This document shows, in pieces, positions 8,761-15,906 of a DNA stretch of 15,906 nt. A program made the position numbers and the translations under genes. Positions within the stretch are counted from its first letter, which is position 1. Each line of letters starts with the position of its first letter. The DNA comes from Thermoproteota archaeon (GTDB lineage Archaea > Korarchaeota > Korarchaeia > Korarchaeales > Korarchaeaceae). The stretch spans positions 1-15,906 of the forward strand of contig JAVCBY010000110.1 in the NCBI GenBank assembly GCA_037917625.1, read 5' to 3'. The notes beneath the pieces are model-generated. The model was not told where the DNA came from, made no database searches, and worked only from the letters and a program-made list of their open reading frames with translations.

Positions 8761-10170
8761 TTGCTGGGGGAGATCATCAAGAGAAAAGTCCTCATATCAA
8801 TATTAATATTACTTACATCCTCAGCATCCCTCTACTTCTTACAAGATGTGGAAGTGAGAGAGGGTTACCTCCTCTCCCAAGATGCGATGCTCAGATATAT
8901 ATCTTGGTCTCCGAGGGCCGAACCCAAGGGTCTAGCTGTCCTTTACCACGGGTTCGGTGGGAGCTCGGAGATGATGGGGTGGATCGGTTTCGAGCTAGCT
9001 CGCCGGGGCTACTTAGTCGTTTCTTATGATGCGAGAGGCCATGGTAAAAGCTCTTCCTCACTATCTTATGATAGATCAGTTTTATTACAAGATTTTCGAT
9101 TAATAAATGAGGAATTTAACTGTAGTAGCGGGGAGATCTTACTCATAGGTCACAGTATGGGGGGCAGGGCTGTGCAAGAGCTAGCCCCCCTCGTCAAACC
9201 CTCTAAGATAGTAGTAATAGCATCTCCACCATTAGATGAGAGCGTAAGTTCAAAGCTCTTAGTTCTAGCTGGTTTAGATGAGATATTCCCTAGTAATATG
9301 GTAAGGGGGCTAAATAGTTGGCATGTTCACGTCTCAGCTTTCGATGACCACTTGACAATCCTATACAGCCCAAATTCTATTGAAAAAATCGTTAGTTGGC
9401 TTTCCGGGGATTCTAAAACTACAGTACCTTTGAGACTAGCTCTCACACTTATTTCAAGTTTATCAGCGATCTCAGTTCTCATTTTACTCCCGCTAGCATT
9501 GATAGAGAGATTAGAAGCTAAAAGTGAGCCCGGTAAAAGGATATCAGCGAAAGTCCTGCTAATCTTAGTTTTATTCGCTCCAATTTCCTCCATATTTTTA
9601 ATCTCGCTCACTAAACTTCTGAGAGCTCCTATCGCTAGCTTCATACTCGGGATATTCTACAGTCAAGCTCTAGGACTCACTCTAATATACAGGAAAGATT
9701 TATCGAGAGTGAAACGGATATTCGGGGAGATGAAGTTTTCATCTTTAGGCTCAGCTATGCTGCTAGCTTTCTTTGCTTACTTAATGATGCATTTTTCCCT
9801 GCAACCTTTCCTCAACGTAGAGCCGAGCGTTTTCAGGCTTCCCCTGATAGTAGAGCTCTCGCTCCTCTTCATCCCAGCGGTCCTCATATTTGAGACCTTA
9901 ACCCCTCACGGAAGTATTCAGCTAAATTTCCTTCAGAGGCTCACCTTAATGCTAGTGAGCTTCATAACAGCTTCACTCGTGCTTCAGATCCTCGTAGGTG
10001 GGGGGTATGCGGGTTACTTCCTCATAGTGATGTACATGAGCCTCATATTGCTCATCCCCATAGAGCTTCTAGCTTCAGTCCTAGCCTCGAGAGGGGTAGA
10101 AGCTCTCAATCCCATCTGGATATCGATAGTGCTGAGCCTCCTGTTAGGAGCTGTAACTCCTATAACGTGA
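8761..10170 (+). CDS. Membrane-anchored alpha/beta hydrolase with C-terminal multi-pass membrane domain
   Basis: N-terminal hydrophobic helix, HGFGG, YDARGHGKS, GHSMGG nucleophile elbow, candidate Asp (AGLDE) and His (DDHL); about 7 hydrophobic segments in the C-terminal half. TTG start uncertain. Confidence 0.82.
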   Translation: MLGEIIKRKVLISILILLTSSASLYFLQDVEVREGYLLSQDAMLRYISWSPRAEPKGLAVLYHGFGGSSEMMGWIGFELARRGYLVVSYDARGHGKSSSSLSYDRSVLLQDFRLINEEFNCSSGEILLIGHSMGGRAVQELAPLVKPSKIVVIASPPLDESVSSKLLVLAGLDEIFPSNMVRGLNSWHVHVSAFDDHLTILYSPNSIEKIVSWLSGDSKTTVPLRLALTLISSLSAISVLILLPLALIERLEAKSEPGKRISAKVLLILVLFAPISSIFLISLTKLLRAPIASFILGIFYSQALGLTLIYRKDLSRVKRIFGEMKFSSLGSAMLLAFFAYLMMHFSLQPFLNVEPSVFRLPLIVELSLLFIPAVLIFETLTPHGSIQLNFLQRLTLMLVSFITASLVLQILVGGGYAGYFLIVMYMSLILLIPIELLASVLASRGVEALNPIWISIVLSLLLGAVTPIT

Positions 10171-10633
10171 CTATCGATACTATAGATAATCAGCGGGGAT
10201 CTTCCAAGTGAATGCCTTTACTCCACTTTGGCCTCCCCCAGGGGCTCCTTCGGGATTCTCACAAACTGTAACACTTATCTGTAATACTGAAATCGTAACA
10301 CATATAAATTATTCCTCTGGACAGCGGGTCATTACGCTCCCTTCAAGCAGTAAGATGTAAATTTATTTCATTTAAGATTATATTTAAATTAAATAAAATT
10401 AAATAAGCTAAAATAGAATATTCGGATAAATTTTAGATCAAATATGGGATGTAGAATGCCTAGAAGGTCTCAATATTCTTGAGGAGGATCTCCTCTCTAA
10501 AAGGCATTCCTTCGATTAAGGGATTGCAAGCTCTTAAGCTGAGTTTCACTACTATTCAGCTCTATTTTGTGGATATTATTCGAGATCAAATATCATTTGA
10601 GAACTTTTTATAGTATCCTCTCTCAGTTCGATT

Positions 10634-11389
10634 GTGGAGAGAGGTTACGATCCCATAGCTCTCGCTGAGGTCACTAGGAAGATCGTTGAGAGGAATGGAA
10701 GTAGGAAGTACTACAGGTTCAGGGGAGGGAAGTGGTACGGAGGGATAGCCACTGCTGATTGCGTCGGTTGCAACCTAAGATGTGTCTTCTGCTGGAGCAA
10801 TAGGCCGAGGGATGATCCAGCTATGAGCTGGGGGTTCTACAGCCCTGAGAGCGTCTACCTCAACTTAGTGAGTATAGCTGAGAGGAGGGGCTACAGGCTG
10901 CTCAGGGTATCGGGAAACGAGCCTACTATATGTTGGGATCACTTAATCAAGATTCTCGAGCTCGTAGAGGGGGATGGACGCTTCAAGTTCATCCTAGAGA
11001 CTAACGGTACGCTAATAGATGAGGGTAAAGCTGAGGATCTCTCTAAGCTCAGGAGGGTTCACGTTAGGGTATCGTCGAAGGGGACCTGTGAGGAGGAGTT
11101 CGGCTTACTAACAGGAGCGAGGCCTGAGGCTTTCGAGCTGCAGCTCAATGCATTGAAGAATTTAGCTGATCATAAAGTCTCAGCTCATCCAGCTGTAATG
11201 CTCTCCTTCTCAAGTGAGGAGAACTTGAGGAAGCTCATTGAGAGGCTGAATGAGATAAATCCAGCTTATGTGAGGGAGCTAGAGGAGGAATACGTCTTCT
11301 TATATCCTCACGTCAAGGAGAGATTGAGAAGAGCTGGAATAGTGCCTAGAGTAGCTTATGAGCCTGATAGAGTGCCTGATCTTGTATAG
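10634..11389 (+). CDS. Radical SAM protein, uncharacterised archaeal family (COG5014-like)
   Basis: YGGIATADCVGCNLRCVFCWS with the CxxxCxxC motif, SGNEPT, FILETNG; TTTTTATA box about 25 nt upstream of the GTG. Confidence 0.85.
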   Translation: MERGYDPIALAEVTRKIVERNGSRKYYRFRGGKWYGGIATADCVGCNLRCVFCWSNRPRDDPAMSWGFYSPESVYLNLVSIAERRGYRLLRVSGNEPTICWDHLIKILELVEGDGRFKFILETNGTLIDEGKAEDLSKLRRVHVRVSSKGTCEEEFGLLTGARPEAFELQLNALKNLADHKVSAHPAVMLSFSSEENLRKLIERLNEINPAYVRELEEEYVFLYPHVKERLRRAGIVPRVAYEPDRVPDLV

Positions 11390-11402
11390 GGGGTAATAAC
11401 AA

Positions 11403-11583
11403 TATCTAGAGAGGCTCCTTGAGTGAGTCGTTAATGGCATGTCCTCAGAGCATTCGAAAAGCTCACCTCTAGATAGTTAATGCCACCTTCAGAAAGCTGA
11501 AGGTTAAATTGGGGATGAAAACTCGCGAGGGAATCCCGGAAATATCACAACTGAGAGCCCTACCCTTTAGTCGGGGAGCATCA
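11403..11583 (+). mobile_element. Degenerate IS200/IS605 (tnpB-type) right-end remnant
   Basis: GAGCCCTACCCTTTAGTCGGGGAGCATCA (11555-11583) resembles the recalled IS605 right-end hairpin GCCCCxCCCTTTAGGGxGGGGAG..TCA. Upstream stems at 11403-11411/11467-11475 and 11485-11492/11497-11504. No transposase ORF. Confidence 0.5.
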
Positions 11584-12029
11584 TGCCCACTGGGGCCTAA
11601 AACTATTAGCCTCTAAATTTTGAAGAGAAGGATGAGAAGAGACATAAGATCCTTTACATGAAATTCTGTCATGCATTGTGAGAGAAGATGAGAAGAGGGT
11701 ATTATTTAGGATATATGCTTTAAGAGGGGAGAGATAAGGAAGAGAAAGATAGAAGAAGATTTTGATGTATTCTAAACTTATACTCGTAGACCTCTGCCCT
11801 CTCAATGAGCGGTGTGACATAAAAAGAGGATCTCTTCAAGTTATATCCAGCTTAACTTAAGAGGGATGTCTCCCATAGAGGAGCGGCCGTATCAATATTC
11901 GAGAAATTTTGTTGAGGGCCTACGATAGTAGATTTGTTTATCTGCGATTTCGTTGAGGCTGGTGGTCCCCTGGAGAGTGTCAAAATTAGGGAAATTCATG
12001 AGCCCAATTATCTTACTATTAGTCATAAA

Positions 12030-12059
12030 TGAGGAGAAGCTTTAATAGAGCTCTCCTCA
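12030..12059 (+). promoter_or_regulatory. Promoter of the MNT-HEPN operon; TATA-like box flanked by an inverted repeat
   Basis: TGAGGAG(A)AGCT-TTAATAG-AGCTCTCCTCA: 11-bp arms with one bulged A around TTTAATA, about 25 nt upstream of GTG 12069. Confidence 0.6.
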
Positions 12060-12068
12060 CATGAGCTT

Positions 12069-12659
12069 GTGGGTATCGCATACATCCTAGATATGAGAGT
12101 GGCTGAGGATTGGCTCAAGCTAGTGAGGAAGTTTGAGGAGATATTGAGGAATAGGATTGGGGAAAAGGTCGTGAGGATAATAGCTAGATCTTCACCAGAC
12201 GATTTAATCTATGGAAGCAATGTAGCAATCGTAGTGGAGAAAGCAGATGCCAACTTGATCAAAGAAGTGAGCAGAGCTGCTTTAGATGCGATGGAGGAAG
12301 TTGGGATCGATGGATTGAGCCCCATAACTATATCAGAGGGGGATCCGATGGAGCATGCCTTCATGGGAAGGTACGGGGAGAGGGCTTTGGAAGGAGAGGA
12401 TTGGCTCAGGCTAGTGAGGAAGTTTGAGGAGATATTGAGGGAGAGAATTGGGGAAGAGTTCATCAAGCTCTTGGCGAGGCCCTCCCCAGATGATTTAGTC
12501 TATGAGAGTAACGTAGCTGTCGTTGTGAAGAGAGCTGATCTCAACACGATGAGGGAAGTGAGCAGAGCTGCTTTAGATGCGATGGAGGAAGTCGGGATCG
12601 ATGGATTGAGCCCCATAACTATATCAGAGGGGGATCCGATGGAGCATGAGTTTGGATAA
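12069..12659 (+). CDS. Tandem-duplicated minimal-nucleotidyltransferase (MNT)-like protein, catalytic motif degenerate; probable HEPN antitoxin
   Basis: Two ~85-aa repeats with MNT-like pattern (helix, strand, SPDDLxYxSNVAxVV, helix, LSPITISE). Overlaps the HEPN start by 14 nt. Confidence 0.65.
   Translation: MGIAYILDMRVAEDWLKLVRKFEEILRNRIGEKVVRIIARSSPDDLIYGSNVAIVVEKADANLIKEVSRAALDAMEEVGIDGLSPITISEGDPMEHAFMGRYGERALEGEDWLRLVRKFEEILRERIGEEFIKLLARPSPDDLVYESNVAVVVKRADLNTMREVSRAALDAMEEVGIDGLSPITISEGDPMEHEFG
12105..12648 (+). repeat. Intragenic direct repeat, period 291 bp (12105-12357 and 12396-12648)
   Basis: First 45 nt have 1 mismatch, last 94 nt have 1 mismatch, and the middle ~114 nt are strongly diverged. 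Confidence 0.95.
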
Positions 12660-12999
12660 GGTGAGGTCCCTCTTAAAGCAAGCTGAGGAGGACCTGAGGG
12701 TAGCATGTTACGATAAGTGCATCAGCTCCTCTTACTTCTCCTGCAGAATGATTGTGGAGATATTCTTAAGGAGTGAGAAGATAGAGCATCTGCCGAGGAG
12801 GGACGATAAACTCGCTAATTTACTGAGGAACCAAGGGCTGAGGGAAGAAGCTGACATACTCCTGTTCCTCTACGATATGAGGAAGAGAGCTGATTATGGG
12901 TGGAGCATAGCGGGAAAGGAGGATGCTGAGGAATCATTGAGGGCAGCCAAGATCTTGATAAGCTCTATCTCCGAGAGGATGGAGTTTAAACTCATTTGA
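12646..12999 (+). CDS. HEPN domain protein (UPF0332/COG1895-like, RxxADY type)
   Basis: LKQAEEDL....YDKCISSSYFS and LYDMRKRADYG motifs; 117 aa; translationally coupled to the MNT-like gene. Confidence 0.8.
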   Translation: MSLDKVRSLLKQAEEDLRVACYDKCISSSYFSCRMIVEIFLRSEKIEHLPRRDDKLANLLRNQGLREEADILLFLYDMRKRADYGWSIAGKEDAEESLRAAKILISSISERMEFKLI

Positions 13000-13039
13000 T
13001 TATCGGACCCCATAAATTTATTTTTAAAGGCGGGGGTAG

Positions 13040-13984
13040 ATGCATGTGGAGTTCAGGTATTTAGGCGATGTTAAGGTCTCTGAAGTCGGCTTGGGGACCT
13101 GGCAGTTCAGCGAGTCCTGGGGTGTAACTAATTATGAGCTCGCTAAATCAATCGTTGAGAGAGCTTTAGATGTGGGGATAAACTTCTTCGATACAGCAGC
13201 TGTCTACGGGAGGGGGATGAGCGAGAGGTTCTTGGGTCAAGCCCTAAAGGAGCTTGGGGAGAGGGAGAACGTAGTAATAGCTACTAAGATACCCGGGGAA
13301 TTCTTATCGAGGCATGACGTATTTAAAGCGACTAAGAGATCTATGGAGAGGTTAGGAAGCTACATAGATTTGATGCAAGTACACTGGCCTCCCTGCTGGG
13401 ATAACATACCTACTTGCGAGTACATGAGAGCTTTGGAGGAACTAGTCCACATCGGAGCGATAAGGATGATAGGGCTCAGCGACTTCCCTCCAGAGTTGAT
13501 AGAATCAGCTTGGTCTTGTCTTTCGACTGAGGATATAGTGAGCATTCAAGTGAAGTACAACTTAGTTGAGAGGGATGCCGAGAAGGAGATAATTCCTTAC
13601 GCTGAGGCGTATGGCTTGAGCGTTCTAGCTTGGTCCCCTCTAGCTAAGGGAGCTCTCTCAGGGAAGTATAAGCCTGAGGACCTACCGAAGTTCAGCGATG
13701 TGAGGGAGGGCTCAGCTATATTCCACTCGGAGAACTTCAAGCATGTTTATGAGATAGTGAAGATATTGGAGGAGATAGGAGCTAAGTACGGGAAGAAACC
13801 ATCTCAGGTAGCTTTGAAATGGCTCCTAATGGCTAGTGAGAAAGTTATAGTTATACCTGGAGCTAAGAGCCCCGATCAAGTCGAGGATAATGCTGGGGCA
13901 TCCGGTTGGAGTATGAGCTTGGAGGATTGGATGAGATTGGAGGAGGAGAGCGGTAAGATAAGGATAACTAGAGTGCTCTGGTAA
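13040..13984 (+). CDS. Aldo/keto reductase
   Basis: VSEVGLGTWQF, FDTAAVYG (Asp/Tyr), IATK (Lys), QVHWP (His), AWSPLAKG, IPGAKSPDQVEDN. Confidence 0.93.
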   Translation: MHVEFRYLGDVKVSEVGLGTWQFSESWGVTNYELAKSIVERALDVGINFFDTAAVYGRGMSERFLGQALKELGERENVVIATKIPGEFLSRHDVFKATKRSMERLGSYIDLMQVHWPPCWDNIPTCEYMRALEELVHIGAIRMIGLSDFPPELIESAWSCLSTEDIVSIQVKYNLVERDAEKEIIPYAEAYGLSVLAWSPLAKGALSGKYKPEDLPKFSDVREGSAIFHSENFKHVYEIVKILEEIGAKYGKKPSQVALKWLLMASEKVIVIPGAKSPDQVEDNAGASGWSMSLEDWMRLEEESGKIRITRVLW

Positions 13985-14051
13985 TGAGCTCCGAGAGTTG
14001 AGGGTTTAAAGTTATCTCAAGCTCATAACATGTTGATAGTTCATCTCTTGA

Positions 14052-14258
14052 TCATATGACTGGCTTTAGCAGACCTCTTTTTCCCAAAAGCTCCTCATCA
14101 TATGTGACGAGCGTCGCATCAATTATCTCAGCTAATGCAACATATACTGAATCGTATACCGTTAGATCGTTCTCAAAAGCTATTTCAACAGCCCTCTCCA
14201 GGAGTTCCTCAAGATCATGAACGATGAGCCCTATCCTCATCGAAGCTAGCTTTTTCAA
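14052..14258 (-). pseudogene. vapC: VapC/PIN toxin C-terminal remnant
   Basis: AVEIAFENDLTVYDSVYVALA...LVTYDEEL are PIN C-terminal motifs; the N-terminal D-x-S motif is missing in frame. Confidence 0.75.
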
Positions 14259-14528
14259 TTTCCTTAAACTTCGAGAGCATCCATAAGTCCCTCTCTAAGT
14301 TAGTCTCTATGCTACAATCTACTTAAGGCTCATAACTCCTTAAGGTAGAGATCATGGATGCTTGAACCCTCAGCCACTTGGGAATTGCGAGAGTATAGCC
14401 CATTGAGAAAGAGGAATAAGGGACGAGAAGAGCTCTCATACAGCGAATATGGTCCAATAGATACAGCTGAGATTATCGGGCTACATCATGCGTGACTTCC
14501 CGGAGGAATTTGAGATTCACCCATATCG

Positions 14529-14564
14529 CCTCAAGAGTAGATCTTAATATCTACCTTGAGGTAG
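14529..14564 (+). promoter_or_regulatory. vapB promoter with overlapping inverted repeats
   Basis: CCTCAAG(A)GTAGAT-CTTAAT-ATCTACCTTGAGG (14529-14561) plus CTACCT-TG-AGGTAG (14551-14564) just before ATG 14572. Confidence 0.6.
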
Positions 14565-14571
14565 TCCTCAC

Positions 14572-14808
14572 ATGGGTTACGTAACGGTATCCACGAAAGT
14601 GAAGAGGAGCTTGGTCGAGAAAGCGAGGAAGTATGGGGTAAACCTAAGTGAACTCATGAGGAGGGCTATTGAAGAGGAAGTGAGGAGGAGGGAGATAGAA
14701 TGGTCTCTAGTTGTGATGGAGGAAATTTCTAGTAAAGAAAAATTGGATAAGCGATCAAATGAACTCATCAGGGAATTCAGGGATTCTAGGGGTAAGATGG
14801 GAGCATGA
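14572..14808 (+). CDS. vapB: VapB-type antitoxin (RHH / CcdA-like family)
   Basis: VTVSTKV strand, ARKYGVNLSELMRRAIEEEVRRRE, C-terminal LIREFRD; ATGA overlap with a PIN start. Confidence 0.82.
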   Translation: MGYVTVSTKVKRSLVEKARKYGVNLSELMRRAIEEEVRRREIEWSLVVMEEISSKEKLDKRSNELIREFRDSRGKMGA

Positions 14809-14858
14809 AGGTAGTGATAGATGCCAGCGCTATGGGTTCTGAGCTATGTAGTCTTTGA
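14805..14858 (+). pseudogene. vapC: Truncated vapC (only ~10 N-terminal codons remain)
   Basis: MKVVIDASAM (PIN first-strand Asp motif) at an ATGA overlap, then unrelated GSELCSL* from 14835. Confidence 0.8.
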
Positions 14859-15050
14859 GACTCACATAGCTGGGATTCATCAGCTAGCTCCTCTCAAGCT
14901 CATTGGAGCCCTCATAAGCCTCCTGTCAGGGTGAACCCGCTCCAAGCTTCATCAGCTCATCGAGGAGCCTTCTTGGAGGAAGCTCCATCTGAAGGATATT
15001 TTGCTCCTTTCGGGGCATTAACCCCACATCCGGAGCAACTCCTAGTTTTT
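14835..15050 (-). mobile_element. Candidate non-autonomous IS200/IS605-derived element / omega-RNA-like remnant
   Basis: 13-bp subterminal hairpin 14842-14871, 7 nt from the vapC breakpoint. Minus strand carries GATGTGGGGTTAATGCCCCGAAAG, GGGTTCACCC and a terminal CAGAACC, plus decayed CSGCG..GA/NILQM resembling a TnpB C-terminus (recalled pattern). Confidence 0.45.
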
Positions 15051-15156
15051 CGAGTTGAGGAACAACTTTATGCTATAAATCAAGAGGTCTATAAATCTAT
15101 CTATTTTTGAACTGTTAACTACGGCCGTTCTCACCTGAGGGCAGGGTGGAGGGTAG

Positions 15157-15523
15157 AGGATTGTAGTTACGATGCTTACGCTTGAATTCATCGGCTCTGA
15201 TAAGGGATCTAAAGTGAGGGAATTACTGAAGAAGGGAGGCACACTCCATCGGTAGCCTTGACTGAGATCTCTAGGAAGTACTTGAGGGAATTGCCTGGAG
15301 ACTGTCAGGAAGAGGCTCCTCTATTGAGGCGACGGAGATCACTCAAATAGCAGTTGAGATCCACTGAAGGCTGAGAGGTATATCATGAGCTCCTTCAACT
15401 TTCCAGAGGGACCGAGGGAAAAGGCTGAGCTTAGCTGATGCTATCGTTTACTCATCACACCTCCTGGACACGAACTCGTAACTGTAAGCAGGGCTACCTC
15501 ACGTACTTTACATAGTAGACTGA
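15157..15523 (+). pseudogene. vapC: Heavily frameshifted vapC/PIN pseudogene
   Basis: Pieces across frames: RIVV/DAYA/EFIGSDKGSKVRELLKKGG/TPSVALTEISRKYLRE/ETVRKRLL/RLSLADAIVYS/ELVT/VLYIVD*. Preceded by PFSPEGRVEGR, possibly an antitoxin tail. Confidence 0.75.
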
Positions 15524-15609
15524 TAATAGCTTTAATTAATGATCATTCTCTGTTAAAATATAAAAATATTCAAGCCTTGAGGGATTGAAATCTCACTTAA
15601 GTGAGAATT

Positions 15610-15769
15610 CTACACGATATCCTCTAAAAACAGTATCTCGACATCGAACTCCTCCCTCGACATCTCCCTGAGAAGTTCTTCCTCCCTCCTCGCGAAAACA
15701 GCTGGCACTTCCATTTTCTTAGCGAGAGCTAATGTAAAACAATCTGAGAGAGAAATTCCTCTCACACTT
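15610..15769 (-). pseudogene. vapC: VapC/PIN C-terminal remnant
   Basis: KCER/ISLSDCFTLALAKKMEVPAVFARREEELLREM...FDVEILFL; the 5' part is replaced by chimeric sequence at 15770. Confidence 0.72.
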
Positions 15770-15900
15770 GGACTCGCTGAACTGCCAGGTCCCCAACCCG
15801 ACTTCCTCCATCGCATCTAAAGCAGCTCTGCTCACTTCCCTCATCATGTTGAGATCAGCTCTCTTCACAACGACAGCTACGTTACTCTCATAGACTAAAT
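15770..15900 (-). repeat. Inverted chimeric copy of 12493-12596 fused to 13091-13117
   Basis: 15797-15900 is the reverse complement of 12493-12596 (104 nt, 1 mismatch); 15770-15796 is the reverse complement of 13091-13117 (27 nt, identical). Confidence 0.95.
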
Positions 15901-15906
15901 GATGAG

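Noticed and set aside
401..9644. Antisense ORF-track entries (e.g. 401-940, 962-1234, 5517-5837, 6108-6419, 7823-8074, 9327-9644)
   Set aside because: Ser/Leu-rich shadow ORFs opposite well-supported genes.
10200..10445. Replication origin (AT-rich tract plus TTCCTCTGGA ORB-like core near 10312-10321)
   Set aside because: Only one weak ORB-like core without a G-string, and no cdc6/orc1 nearby.
11600..12000. Gene or array in the purine-rich stretch (AGAGAAG(G)ATGAGAAGAG at about 11625 and 11681)
   Set aside because: Only two low-complexity copies and no credible long ORF; probably decayed coding DNA I cannot assign. The 79-aa minus ORF looks spurious.
14380..14530. Possible nucleotidyltransferase remnant (DFPEEFEIHPY)
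   Set aside because: Too short and frameshifted to support without a search.
15610..15816. 68-aa ORF as a real gene
   Set aside because: Its first ~15 codons are out-of-frame MNT/AKR chimera sequence; only the PIN C-terminal half is meaningful.
12105..15900. Diversity-generating retroelement (TR/VR pair) among the three MNT copies
   Set aside because: Mismatches are not adenine-specific, copy 3 differs from copy 2 by a single C/T, and there is no reverse transcriptase in the window.
1..15906. CRISPR array
   Set aside because: No regularly spaced 24-40 nt repeats with unique spacers, and no cas genes.

Overview
Archaeal chromosomal window. Codon style, the xpb-bax1 pair and the split GMP synthase suggest a thermophilic archaeon, possibly Korarchaeota (inference). 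From 1 to about 11.4 kb it is mostly ordinary genes: the 3' end of an XPB helicase, Bax1/DUF790 nuclease, a large secreted PelA-like glycoside hydrolase with an unusual C-terminal architecture, a CX5R phosphatase, a GC-rich structured intergenic element, an LRV/HEAT-repeat protein, a triple-frameshifted SDR pseudogene, GMP synthase subunit B, a membrane alpha/beta hydrolase and a radical SAM protein. From 11.4 to 15.9 kb it is an unstable toxin-antitoxin region around an aldo/keto reductase. This part holds a HEPN gene with a tandem-duplicated, catalytically degenerate MNT-like partner, one intact VapB-like antitoxin, four broken vapC (PIN) remnants and two IS200/IS605-like end or omega-RNA-like remnants, one abutting a truncated vapC. 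It ends in an inverted chimeric copy that joins MNT and AKR sequence through an 8-nt microhomology and skips the HEPN gene. All calls come from reading motifs; no searches were run.
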